A DNA stretch of 64,000 nt, taken from contig CM119264.1 in assembly GCA_051294375.1 (NCBI GenBank), positions 6,485,238 through 6,549,237 of the forward strand. Reading direction: 5' to 3'. The DNA is from Paraspadella gotoi. Its lineage: Eukaryota; Animalia; Chaetognatha. Below the pieces are notes generated by a model. That model made no database searches, was not told where the DNA came from, and saw nothing but the letters and a program-made list of their open reading frames with translations. Each line of letters begins with the position of its first letter. The stretch's first letter is position 1. The translations under genes and the position numbers were made by a program. Positions 13,809-32,283 of the stretch are shown here, piece by piece.

Positions 13809-14790
13809 AGAAACAAATTCCTCGAAAAGAAAGGGCTTTCTGCGACTCTGAGGATATGAGATTGGGCCCGCAAGTGCTATTTTTTCAAGAGTTGCTTTAC
13901 AAAAGAAAGTAAATCTTGCAAATGTTTTTACAGTAGAAGTAACGGAAAAACTGCATTTAGATTGAGTTGTGATTAAGAAACTGCCAATAACAAATACTTA
14001 AATTGATATTAATTCGTAGCGGAAAAAACGAGTTTTAAAATCTACGTGGGTCGGCTTACCCAAAAACAAAAAAAAACAAAAACATACAAAAATAACAACA
14101 GCTACTACAATAACAACAACAACAAAAACAACAACAACAACGAGAAAACACAAAAACTCGTGGGAAAAATCTATGGAACGAAATGAAAGGGAAAAACTGG
14201 AAACGAAGAGACGACGACGGGAATTTGGTCTTTGACTCGGATCGTCGACCCGCGCGACTCGAGGTCGTATTGCGACTCAGCGACGCAAATGGAACCAATT
14301 TGTCCGAAGAAAAGAGAAAAAGCCGCCGTTGGAAAGGAGGGGCGGAGAGANNNNNNNNNNNNNNNNNNNNNNNNNNNNNNNNNNNNNNNNNNNNNNNNNN
14401 NNNNNNNNNNNNNNNNNNNNNNNNNNNNNNNNNNNNNNNNNNNNNNNNNNNNNNNNNNNNNNNNNNNNNNNNNNNNNNNNNNNNNNNNNNNNNNNNNNNN
14501 NNNNNNNNNNNNNNNNNNNNNNNNNNNNNNNNTGATTTATTGATTGTATGAATATTCATTCATTCACGAATAAAAAATAAATGATTCAGTCATTGACTGA
14601 TTGATTGAGCGATTGATTGATTGATTGACCGATAGATTGATTACTAGTCATTTCGACTTTTTTAAACGCTTACCTCATAGAACGCTTGGACCGCCGTGGA
14701 CGAGACGACGATGACGAAGACGACGAAGACGACGGCGAAAGAGCGGGAAGCGCCGCGACTCCTGACGGCGCTTCTATCCATCGACGCCAT
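2765..14790 (-). CDS. Multi-exon Ig-superfamily-like secreted or membrane protein (exon structure only partly resolved)
   Basis: Signal-peptide exon 14790-14674. Ig-like fragments: 8726-8614 (VRSAVTEGSTVSFTCVSEIPAVWIK), ~7420-7296 (VAVHDRENFSFFC...YGWF), ~9255-9062 (SGAYQC-like after an indel), ~12350-12300 (DLTIFWFR), ~2973-2765. Many gaps and frameshift errors. Confidence 0.45.
8320..8610. repeat. ~15-bp minisatellite (catttaaccacacca / caacatttaaccaca)
   Basis: More than a dozen visible tandem variants. Confidence 0.9.
8614..8726 (-). CDS. Ig-domain-like exon (A'-B-C strands)
   Basis: ccag| acceptor, V-x-E-G-x-T-V-x-F-T-C...W pattern, ag|gtaggt donor. Confidence 0.55.
12926..13100 (+). 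mobile_element. Truncated, diverged copy of the twister-bearing element at 42929-43175
   Basis: Starts with a TGTGGCG...CGCCTC hairpin and shares 'cgccagtgac', 'aagcc' and 'gagatg' in the same order as the 43-kb element. Confidence 0.6.
13011..13076 (+). ncRNA. Twister-ribozyme-like motif (degenerate copy 2)
   Basis: GUGU-GA-UGC(uauug)GCA-U^AA-ACAC-GC-CA GUGAC..GUCAC-CUCAGG-UCCAAAGC-CCUGAG. P2 (ACAC/GUGU) and the 6-bp P4 are perfect; the T1 partner looks deleted or incomplete. Confidence 0.55.
14674..14790 (-). CDS. First coding exon with signal peptide (MASMDRSAVRSRGASRSFAVVFVVFVIVVSSTAVQAFYE)
   Basis: ATG in 'aaaaATGG' context, hydrophobic core followed by a VQA-type cleavage site, ends at consensus donor GAG|GTAAGC; 117 nt. 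Confidence 0.6.
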
Positions 14791-15677
14791 TTTTATTTCT
14801 AGAGCCACGCCTCTCCCCCTTTCTTTCTATCTTTCTTTTTTTATTATTCCTTTTTTTTTTTATTTTATGAGACGCGAATTATTTTTTTCCCCCAGCGAAT
14901 TTTCACGAGGATGATTTTTCATCACTCATATTTTTTTCCTTTTTTTTTAAATAATCATTTATTTTTTTTTNNNNNNNNNNNNNNNNNNNNNNNNNNNNNN
15001 NNNNNNNNNNNNNNNNNNNNNNNNNNNNNNNNNNNNNNNNNNNNNNNNNNNNNNNNNNNNNNNNNNNNNNNNNNNNNNNNNNNNNNNNNNNNNNNNNNNN
15101 NNNNNNNNNNNNNNNNNNNNNNNNNNNNNNNNNNNNNNNNNNNNNNNNNNNNNNNNNNNNNNNNNNNNNNNNNNNNNNNNNNNNNNNNNNNNNNNNNNNN
15201 NNNNNNNNNNNNTTTTTTTTTATTATTTATTTTCCTTTAGGTTTTTCCCATTTTTCACGCACTCGGTTTTTATATTGTATATCGGATATCTTTTCCCAGA
15301 GTCAGCGAGCCTCGTGACGATCAGTTCTTTGCTCACCGAAGCACAACGCGATCGGCGACAGTCGGTGTCTTTGTTTACGGCCCCGCCAAATACGAAAAGA
15401 GCGCCGGGTGACGCCGCCTTCAGGGAAGTCGAAATAGCCGGCGTGAGTTAATGAATTAGCGAAAGGCGAGGTCCTTTAATTTATATCCTGGCAGAAAAGA
15501 GGTCGTTGGGAGAAAGGAGAGAAATGAGGTTACAATGGTTACAAAAGGTTACAAGTTAGGGGGAAAGGAATGTAGTAAAGTAGTAATGTCGTCTGGTACA
15601 AGAAGGCGAATCCACGACAAAATACAATCGTCAGAGATCATTGGAGTTAGAATCGTTATATAATAAACAGTTCGAGT

Positions 15678-15742
15678 CGTGACTGGCGAGACCGAAATGA
15701 CTGGCATGACTGGCGTGACTGGCGTGACCCGGCGTGACTGGC
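15678..15742. repeat. 9-bp tandem repeat (gtgactggc)n
   Basis: About 6 imperfect copies visible. Confidence 0.8.
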
Positions 15743-17775
15743 ATTGGTTAGAACGACTGAAGCTCAGACGTTTTTGTTATTAAAACTGAAAATGAAGTAG
15801 GGAAACTACAACGGAAATGAGGGGAACGTCTAAAGACTGAAGGGACCGAGATGAAGTGAGTAAAACCACAAAGGAGATGTGGGCAATTGTGTCGCGCTTG
15901 GATGGCTTAATTGAGTTTGATCCGCTCTCTAGTGGTTTATGACTCGAATCCCGACCAATGAGAGAGAAGAGAGAGATGGAGCGAGAGAGGGAGAGAAAGG
16001 GGAGAGGGGGAAGAGAGGTTGAGAGAAAGAGAGACAGACAAACAGACAGACAGAAACGAGAGAGGCAGAGAGGGAATGGGAGAACCCAAGCCNNNNNNNN
16101 NNNNNNNNNNNNNNNNNNNNNNNNNNNNNNNNGATACTGAGAAGCGAACAAGATGCGAGGGATACAACGAGATAGAGACAGAGACGAGTGACGTCGGATT
16201 CCCCGGCGCCGGATTTTAAATCCCGCCGGAAACATGGGTTCGTCTGTCGGATATGAAGTGGGGGGCGCCGGCAAGGGGGTCGGGGTTTATGGCGCCGTCG
16301 GAACTTGAAACCGGAAAAGGGGCCAAATTTGATGCGAAGAGACGGGACGCGGGAAGGTGGAGAAAAGGGGGGGCGACGGCGAAAGCCTCGTTTAGAAGAG
16401 GATTAATGGCGGAGTTATTTTCGGCAATGGACACTACCTTTTGGTGAATGGGATTAAGGCTGCGCCGCGGCGNNNNNNNNNNNNNNNNNNNNNNNNNNNN
16501 NNNNNNNNNNNNNNNNNNNNNNNNNNNNNNNNNNNNNNNNNNNNNNNNNNNNNNNNNNNNNNNNNNNNNNNNNNNNNNNNNNNNNNNNNNNNNNNNNNNN
16601 NNNNNNNNNNNNNNNNNNNNNNNNNNNNNNNNNNNNNNNNNNNNNNNNNNNNNNNNNNNNNNNNNNNNNNNNNNNNNNNNNNNNNNNNNNNNNNNNNNNN
16701 NNNNNNNNNNNNNNNNNNNNNNNNNNNNNNNNNNAAATTGGTAAAGTAGAAAAACGTCATCAGTAGATTTGGAAAAGTTGGTGGAGTCGGCAAAGTGGGC
16801 GGAGTCGGCAAAGTCGGCAGAGTTGGCGGCCTTCTTTAGCGTCGTCTTTTCGTTTTTTAAATTCTTTGCAACCGGAAGCAAGGACGTTACTTCCATATGG
16901 AATCGTGAGCGAAGGAAACGCGCGGAGTGTACCCGGATGTATAAAGAAGTTTGCTGAGATGGAACCGGGACTCACCTTAATCACCCGGATGGAATTACGG
17001 GTAAGGGCATTCACCGGGAAAGTAATGGCGTTTGGTACGATGGAAGCGAAATGGAAAATGCGTTCAGTCACGTTCACAGAAATGACAAATCAGACGAAGG
17101 AAATTTGTTTCGTGTTCATATATACAGCGTTCATTTTAATCGTTTATACAACCAACGATTTTTGCCGTCTTCACCAGAGAGGGCGATTCACAAAATAGGC
17201 GGATCCACTCCAGAGGTCGGGATCACCGGGATCTCTGTTCACCGACAAACCAAACCCATTTCGTAAAACGAAATCGTTAAAAAAATTATTTTTATTCCTT
17301 TCGCTCGATGCGGAAGAAAATAAAAAAAGTTGCGCAGAGAAATAAAAACAAGGAAAAAAAAAAGATGTAAAACGGAGGAAATAAAAGGAAAGAAATAAAA
17401 AGTGTATTAGAAGGAGTTTAAGGGAGTGGAGTTTCCTTTCCTTTCTTTTTCTAACCCTGAGTCTGAGAACCCAGAGGCTTTTATCGCGAATGAAAAATAG
17501 AAGCGAAGAAAAATTTACGAGTGGAATTAAAAGTGAAAATGGCGATGTCCGATGTAAGAATGAGAGAAAGAAGGAAAAGAAGAAGGAAAGAGAGGAGAAA
17601 AGGAAGGAAGGAGGAAAGAAGAAATATAAGGAAAGCATCATAATGAAGAGGAAAAAAAGAAAAAGAAAGAAAAAGACAGATAATAAAATGAGTTTGATTA
17701 TATGAAGAGAGAGAGGAAATAAGGGAGTAATGTAAAGTAATGTAATGTATATTGATAATCGTATGTAAATGACTC

Positions 17776-17834
<59 letters not shown>

Positions 17835-19357
17835 TAAGATATAAGATTAGCAGTAAGAAAGAGAATAAATCGAAGTCTCTCTCGTGATTCGCCACCGGAT
17901 TCTTGGACGCCGGAAACGCGGTTCCGCGTTTTCTATTTCACGTGCGTCTACGCCACGTGACGACGCCGCGACGCCGCGTGAGAAACGGAGCGTCACTCAC
18001 GCGCGCGCGACTGTCGGACGCGGTCTGCGCCACCGACGCGCGCGAAAGAATTATTTCGCCAAAGTTGCGGAACGGGACGAAACGATTTTGGTCAACGGGG
18101 ACCTGTTTAGGGGGGGGGGGGGGGGGGGGGGAGGAGAGAAGAGAGAGAGAGGAGAGAGAGAGAGAGGAAGAGAGAGAGAGAGAGGAGAAGAGAGAGGAGA
18201 GAGAGACGGAGGTGAGTAGACGACGAAAAGGGTGTTATGGAATTGTTAAGAGAGAAGCAGTCGCTCAAAGTCGCCATTTTTAAAAATTGGATTCAAGACA
18301 AAAGTCAGAATTTCTTCATCGGTTTATCCCAATCTCCGTTTCTTCTCTCTTCAGTCTCGTTTTGTCTCAAGTCTCTGTTTTGTCTTTGTTTCGGTTATGT
18401 TTGTTGAGAAGATAATTATTTAAAGCTAAATATGCTAAGAAAACGAACCCATGTTGCTTCGCCCGACTGGGAAACTATAAACCACTATAAATCTACGAGT
18501 CGACCAGTCGGCCAACCAACCGCGTTGCCAGCCGACCTATCATCGAGCTCACCAGCCAGCCAGAGGGCCAACCAAGAAACCGACTAACCGGCCTAGGGAT
18601 CGGCCTTCCATCCCGCGCCGCCCGGCGATTCTATCCATCATCTTTATGTATCAAATTTTCCCGCGCATTTTCATATCCGCCGCCGTTTCTCGTTTCGTGG
18701 GGCAGAGCTTTTTCTTGAGCTCCTCGCTCCACTTCTGCTATTTCCATCGTCCTACTTTCATGGGTTTCTATTTTTAGATCTCTTTGTACCTCTTTTTTTT
18801 AGCTCCATTTAATGATTTTCTTTCTCCATTTAATGATTTTCTTTGTTCTCTCTTTACTCTTTTCTCTCTTAATCCTTCTATCTTATATATTCTCTCACGC
18901 TTCGAAGCTCCACCTTCTTTTCCTCCCCCTCCTCCGCCTCTTTATCTTCCTCTTTATCCCATAACTTTTTTCTTTCTCTCTTCTTTTCTTTCATTCTTTC
19001 TCCCTCCCTTTCTCTCCTTCCTTTCCTTTCCTCCCTTCCCATCCCATCCCAGTCCTTCTATTTCCTCAACGATCCTCTCGAATCGAGGCTTTTTTCTCTC
19101 ACTCCTAAAAACGAAGCATAAACCATAAAATATCGCCGCTTTTTTTTTTTTTTTGCTTTTCGTTCATAAACTTCACCGAAAATGAGAAAATATGGTTTTA
19201 CTTTTTATATGTTATTTAAAATCTATATTCGACCGCCTTCCCTACTTTTTCCTTACATCCCAGAGAAGAAGAAAAAAAACTGTATATCGGACGCCATTCA
19301 TCATTTAAAAATTCCCGCGCGTCGAAGCCGACGTCTGGACGGACGGACTCTCTCGCT

Positions 19358-19424
<67 letters not shown>

Positions 19425-19739
19425 AGACGGGCGATTGCGCGCGATGCAAATTGATGTGGGAGGGCTAAGGTTTGTTGTTGTTGTTTTTGTCTTCCTTTTT
19501 GTCGTTGTATTAGTTGTTTTTGTCTTTGTTTCTTTCGTTGTCGTTGTCATTGTTGTCTTTATTTTTACTGCCACTGCTTCCAACAGCTGGAAACCTTTTT
19601 CTCGTTTTCCGTCTCGAGGAAATTGAAAAACGTTAACAAATACTTATGACGCGCGAGATACAAGAGTTCACGACAACAACAACAACGACGACGACGACGC
19701 CGTCGTTATAGCACCGAGGATCGACGAGCTCGAAGATTT

Positions 19740-20065
19740 ATGACTAAATCTCGATCCTTCTTCTCCCCCCTCCTCTTCCTCTTCCACCTCCCCCTCCTCC
19801 TCCTATTCCTCCTCCTCCTCCAAACTCTCTCATCTCCGGAATTCGAGCCGAAGATCACATTCCACACTTTCGCCCAAACAACTACAACAACAACAACAAC
19901 AATTGGGTTCACAATTTCCGCCGACGAATGAATCCTCGTTCCCAGCGATTTCGGTCCGCAGCCCATCATTCACGCAAACCGTCGACCGGGCTGGTTCAGA
20001 CCGACATAGGGGCGTCGGCCGGACTGGTTCAGACCGACATCGGCGCGTCGGGCATCGGATTGTGA
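19740..20065 (+). CDS. Putative small secreted peptide precursor (needs one 1-nt indel correction near 19828)
   Basis: Signal-like MTKSRSFFSPLLFLFHLPLLLLFLLLLQTL, then in a shifted frame ISGIRAEDHIPHFRPNNYNNNNNNWVHNFRRRMNPRSQRFRSAAHHSRKPSTGLVQTDIGASAGLVQTDIGASGIGL*. The 33-bp internal duplicate differs mostly at synonymous sites. Confidence 0.45.
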
Positions 20066-20163
20066 TCCATTTTCACAAAGCGACGCCTTCGCGACTCCGT
20101 GAGCGAATGAGTTTGGCTACTTGAGGTTTACGCGTTCAGCATTATGCTATTTATGCTATTTAC

Positions 20164-20228
20164 TCAGGGGCAAGATAGCTTCGCTATTAAATGAATGGAT
20201 AATTTTTATATTGGTTGTACCAATTTCA
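20164..20228. repeat. Dispersed ~65-bp repeat; inverted copy at ~37072-37136, partial copy near 10170
   Basis: 'tcaggggcaagatagctt..ctattaaatgaatggataatt.ttatattggttgtaccaatttca' matches the reverse complement of 37072-37136 with few mismatches. Confidence 0.8.
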
Positions 20229-20293
20229 AAACTATTTTATAATATTCTGAAGGCACAGTTAAGTCATTTTCTTTCTTACTAATCTTATATTTT

Positions 20294-20373
<80 letters not shown>

Positions 20374-22244
20374 GGACGTCGCCAACTTCCGACGCGTCTT
20401 CATTCAAACGCACGTCTTCACTCAAGCGCTCGCGGTTCCTAATCTTCTCCGCGCATGCGCAGAAAGAAAACACTTGGACGTAGCGAAAAACTTCGTTTAG
20501 ATACGAGACGCGATCAAATTAGATGATAATAATAGTGATAATGATAAAATACACATTACAAAAACAAGGGAAGTATGATAGAAAATCCGGAGGTTAACAC
20601 TCGTAAAAAAGATATCAAAAATGATGAAAACTTGTGCCTCTGCGTCACAAGAAAATAGCACGATTAATTCCTCGTTCGTTATGAATTGTAAATGCTATAT
20701 AAACCTCCACGCAATATATGTACATTTTTTCTCCATATGCTGGCAGCGTTAACCTCTGAGCAGAGAAAAGGCGGGAAAGACTCTCGTCTAAAAATAACTC
20801 AATCAATGGAGAAGCAGATGGCGACTTTTTTGGATTAACTTACGAATACAATCGATTTATTCTCGCCGCCTCAGCACAGTGGTTAAGGCAAACCGCCATC
20901 TCCCGGTCATCACAGTGAACCTAAGTGGTTCTTATCTTTGCCAATAGAGCGCAAAAAAATTGAGAGATTGAAAAACACATAAAATATCAAAAGGCAATTG
21001 ACCTTTTGTTATATTACCCGTAAAAAAAAGCAAAGACTAAAACATTATAACATTTTTGACTAAATATGTAAAAAAAATACGACGCACGTTTTAGCTGAAA
21101 AATACCTGTCCTATTTTCTCAATGTAACGAAACATGTAAATATTTTAAAAATGTAAAAAAAAATTACCACCAACCGTTATGTAAAAACGAGCTTTTTATT
21201 ATCTTCAGACATAAAATTGGTTTTTTTAATACCTATCACATTTTTCACGCAAATTCTTTCCTACAATATTGTAAAATGTAAAAATAAAGATATCGTCTCG
21301 ATCTTTATCGATAAAATTCCGCGTCCTGGTTTTGGTTTTTTGTAATCTTAGTAAAATGTAATTCAAACGGTTTCCTCGACAGGAATCCAAGAAACGTGTC
21401 AAAAAATATTTTTTGTTCAAATTACATCCTGACATGGCCCGCTCGACTTATAAATGAAATAAAAAGTTTCAAAAATGTTTGGTAATATATCAAACTGAGC
21501 CAAGATTGCGTCGGGTTGGATTGAGTCAACATCGTCCTCTTTGTCGTCGTCATCTCCGGATCTTCGTTTATAAAATATTGTTTACTTCGTGGTCGTCGTC
21601 GTCGTCGACGTCGTCTCCTTTCTCTTCGCCTTCACTTCGTCGCGAGAGTCGCTGTCATCCGGTTAGCTTCATCGTCGCCATCGTCGTCGTCGCCATCGTC
21701 GTCGTCCCCTGGCGCCGTCGTCCTTCTCATCGTCGTCGTTTCCCGTCGCGTTTTCGTCGGCGCCTTTAAAACAAAAGGTCGTTCGCCGTCGAAATCTTTT
21801 CCCTTCGATGATTTTTTTTTTTGAACGAATTTGAAGCAAAGATAAAACTCGCGCAATATTGGAAGAGCCATCTGTTTCTTTTGAAAACAAAAACTTAAAA
21901 CAAAAACAAAACAGAAAATAAACAAAAGATCAAACGATCGAAATGTCGATTCTCGATTCACTTTCTTCCGTTTTTCGATTCTTCAATCGCGACGACGACG
22001 ACGATGATGACGACGAGGCTTTCCGCTCACGGTTAATATCAAAGAAAGAATTATGTTTGTTGAAGTTTAGAAATTTATGTATGTAATGATAAGTTTCGTT
22101 AAGTGAGAGAGAGGGAGAGAGAGTGGGAAGGAGAGGGAGAGCACCAGATGGAATTCTAAATCCTCGCAATCCCGTTGTCAACCAGTGACTTCGATTCCAG
22201 GTGAGAATTTTCTGGAGCTCGAGTGCATGCGATTCCATGCGGGC

Positions 22245-22530
22245 ACGGGTGCGAGTTGCGCGAGGGTGCACGTGGGTGCGAGTTGCGCGAGGGTGCACGA
22301 GGGTGCGAGTTGCGTGACGGTGCACGTGGGTGCGAGTTGCGCGAGGGTGCACAGTGGGTGCGGTTGCGCGAGGCGTGCACCGTGGTGCGAGTTGCGCGAG
22401 GGTGCACGTGGGTGCGAGTTGCGCGAGGGTGCACGTGGGTGCGAGTTGCGCAGAGGGTGCACGTAGGGTGGGTGCGAGTTGCGCGAGGGTGCACGAGGGT
22501 GCGAGTTGAGCGAGGGTGCACGTGGGTGCG
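22245..22530. repeat. GC-rich 27-bp minisatellite (gggtgcgagttgcgcgagggtgcacgt), ~10 copies
   Basis: Directly visible; produces 9-aa periodic ORFs in several frames. Confidence 0.92.
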
Positions 22531-23611
22531 GTTTGCTCGAGAGTCAGAAATTTAGATTCTTGAAATAAATTCGATCCCAAAATATTTCAAAATGTATTTT
22601 TAAGAAGAGATTTGGAAAACTATTGAGTTGGGAATAATTACCACAAATAAAAAGTAACATCTCAAAGTACATCATGGAAGTTAAAAAGAAACCTGGGCTT
22701 GGGCTCGTTTCATTCCGAAAGTTTTGTTAGCTAGCAAAACTAATTATTATAATTAACAAAAAAGAAAAAAAATTAAATTATAATAAATATAATAAATTAT
22801 AATTAATATAATAAAGCAGTAATTTACTTTTACTAACATAGAGAGGAACTACTGCAGAAGTTTAGTTGCTTCGCACAGGAATTGTCTTTGAACTATTAAT
22901 ATTACTTTTAACCGATGCCGATATAAAATGCAAGAGTTTAACTCCGAGAAGAAAACGGATTATGTAAGTCGAATGTGAGGGTCACGTTGAAACCATTTGC
23001 TTCGCACGCTCCACTCTCAGACATACGGACAGTGAAAGGATTATTTTTTGCTAAGATAGAAGTAAATTAACCGACAGAGAGTCAGACTGACTTTATATTA
23101 AAAAGAAAGAAAAATTGACAGAAAGACAGAACCAGACAGACAGACCGTCAGACATGAAAAAAAAAGCTCGGATTTTTGAGACGAAAAATCCTGAATTTGA
23201 GATCAAAGGAATCAACGAATCGTTTTCTCTCACCCCGATGATTTTGAGAAAATGTTTCTATTATTAATTTTTAATCTTTTTTATTTTTTTAATTTAAAAA
23301 TTCTCTTTTGACGTAAATTCGAATCCCCGGTCGACGTTTTCAAGGATTTATTGTCTCTGATATCATAAATATCTTGTTTCATTATCTCAAAATCTGATCC
23401 AACGCAATATTTTTTTTTTCAAGTGGGTCCTCGAAAACTTTTTGAAAAAAAAAAAAAGAAACAACATTTGGATGAGAGGAGATATATATGTAAAACGAAA
23501 AAAAAAAATCCAAATAAACTTACAATTTTTTTTCGGCTTGAAACTCGACCACCTTCCTCCATTTCCACCTTTCACCACCTTCTCCACCCCCAACCCCTCT
23601 TCATCCCGCAG

Positions 23612-30152
<6,541 letters not shown>

Positions 30153-30490
30153 GCAATCAAGCTGCTTGTGAGCCCATGTCTGCTTGAAAATGCATTGCTT
30201 GGCCTAATGAAGCGGGTTTCTTCACTGAAGAATCTTCAGTGTAGCATTGAATGTAGCCAAGTACAATGTCTGTTTCGTTTGTCTTCGATTAATTCTTTGC
30301 TTGGAATATTTCTGACAGTGTATATTTTCAACTAATGATAATGTACCTTCAATCTGTACCTTTTTGCACATGTACAAAGAAGTAAATATAAAATTGCTAC
30401 TTCGTTGATTAGTGAATACGTTTATTTCTTTTTAATCAAGACCCTTTATTTTTTTTAAAGCAGTAGCTGAGATATTTTTTTCGCTAGATT

Positions 30491-30637
30491 AACGAATATA
30501 GAATTATAAATATTTAGGGTTTTATTTTTCGACATTCACATCTAAAACTAATATAACGTCAAAACGAATATAGAATTATAGATATTTAGGGTTTTATATT
30601 TCGACCTTCACATCTAAAACTAATATAACGTCAAAAC
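30491..30637. repeat. Two-copy ~72-bp direct tandem duplication
   Basis: 'aacgaatatagaattata.atatttagggttttat.tttcgac.ttcacatctaaaactaatataacgtcaa' occurs twice. Confidence 0.9.
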
Positions 30638-30956
30638 GTGACGGCGTGAATGATGCTTTGTCACGTGGCTCGTCACGTGACACATCTTGTGAGACGTCAT
30701 GCGGAGCGCGAGTCTCCAGAACGAAATGGTTGGCAGGAAATTGGTGGGGCCAAAGCAATCAAGTGAAAAAGAGAGAGAAACCTTTCTTTACCACTTTTCT
30801 GGTTTCTTTTTTTTTTAGTTTTCTCTCTTTTTTTAAGATGGGCGGTTGGGAGGGGAGGCGGTGTTTTCATTATTTTTTGTTTTGTAAACTGTTTTCTTCC
30901 TTCTTTGTCAATTTAGGTATTCCTGAACCCTCTATTTTTTTTATTTTTATTTTCAT

Positions 30957-31024
<68 letters not shown>

Positions 31025-31220
31025 TTTCTCTTTCCTTGTTGTTTTGTTTCTTTCTTTCTTTGTTTCTTTCTTTGTTTATTTTTTTCTTTTTATTATATTT
31101 ATTTCTTTCTCCCTTTCTATGTTTGTTTGTTTTTATTTCTTGTTATTTGTTGTTATTTCTTTTTACTATATTTCTATCTTTCTCCCTTTGTTTGTTTTTT
31201 GTTTCTTTTTCTCTTTATTA

Positions 31221-31310
<90 letters not shown>

Positions 31311-32283
31311 ACTTTTTTCTCTGTCGTAAAGACAAGATCTTTTGTCTTATAGGACTTTCCTTTCAGAGTGAAGAGTAAACATTGCGCTACCTTGAGTTTT
31401 TTTTATAAACCAATAGGTTTAGAAAATAAAAGACCATCAAGATTTTTTCTGTGCATATTGACTTTTTGTGCATATTGTGCATATTGTGCAATATGTAAAA
31501 ATTTTCTCCGTTCGAAAAATCTTTTAATTACGAACCTTGCCATAAAAATATAATATTTACGTATATACATGGCTAAATAAAAATTGATGAGCGTACTTCC
31601 TTAATATATCGGGACATAAAAAATTAAACAAATGATGATTGTTGTCATTTTATTTGAAAAAAAAATCTTTTTAGAACAGGATGACACTAAAGATAACTTT
31701 TTATGTACAACAACTATCACACAAACCAAACATGGAAAAATATACACTTTTCGTGGTGAAGCAATATGTTCTGTTGGTTTAACAACAAAATCGATTTGAT
31801 TTTATACGGAAGATTTCTCGAAGTAATAAACAACGGAAGTTTTTAATATAGTAACTTCATAATAAAACCCTTCATATTAAACGTCATTGATAACGTAAAA
31901 TACAATGTACAAATTGAACAACGAAGAAATTTTCTAATTATTTCCACCTCTTCCCGCAAATTTATAAGTACAAGAAAATTAAAACGAATTTTAACAACGA
32001 ATTACAATATTTTTTCATGAAAGAGAAATCTATCAATTTTATTTTTTAGTATATGAATTTCGCGAGCCAGAGGTCTAAAGCTAATTGGTGAGAAGGAAAT
32101 GAATTTTAATTAAATTTTCCGTAACAGAAGATCGTCTCCGTGAAGACGGAAGTTCGCATTATTCGTTCGAATGAGAATGATGTCAATACAGTCAACGGGC
32201 GAAGGGCCTCTTGAAATGATCTTTGAAGAATTAGTAGGGTTTTGTGAAGCGACGACTCTCCACCGAGACGAAGGAAAATTCGT

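Noticed and set aside
15280-17250. Additional gene from GC-rich exon-like patches
   Set aside because: Could not be joined into a consistent frame or matched to a family; gaps and errors dominate.
20865-20945. tRNA gene
   Set aside because: Only an A-box-like 'gcacagtggttaaggca' is present; no acceptor stem or proper T-arm. At most a SINE remnant.
21930-22580. 216-aa repetitive ORF (TCTLAQLAP)n
   Set aside because: A 27-bp minisatellite open in most frames, with no splice or codon evidence.
30223-30241. Perfect inverted repeat cactgaaga-a-tcttcagtg in the SYT15 3' UTR
   Set aside because: An isolated short palindrome; contains CUGAAGA but no hammerhead context.
30646-31378. Hydrophobic FLSF-rich ORFs here and similar ERER/LSLS/YYYY ORFs throughout
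   Set aside because: Translations of microsatellites or N-gaps.
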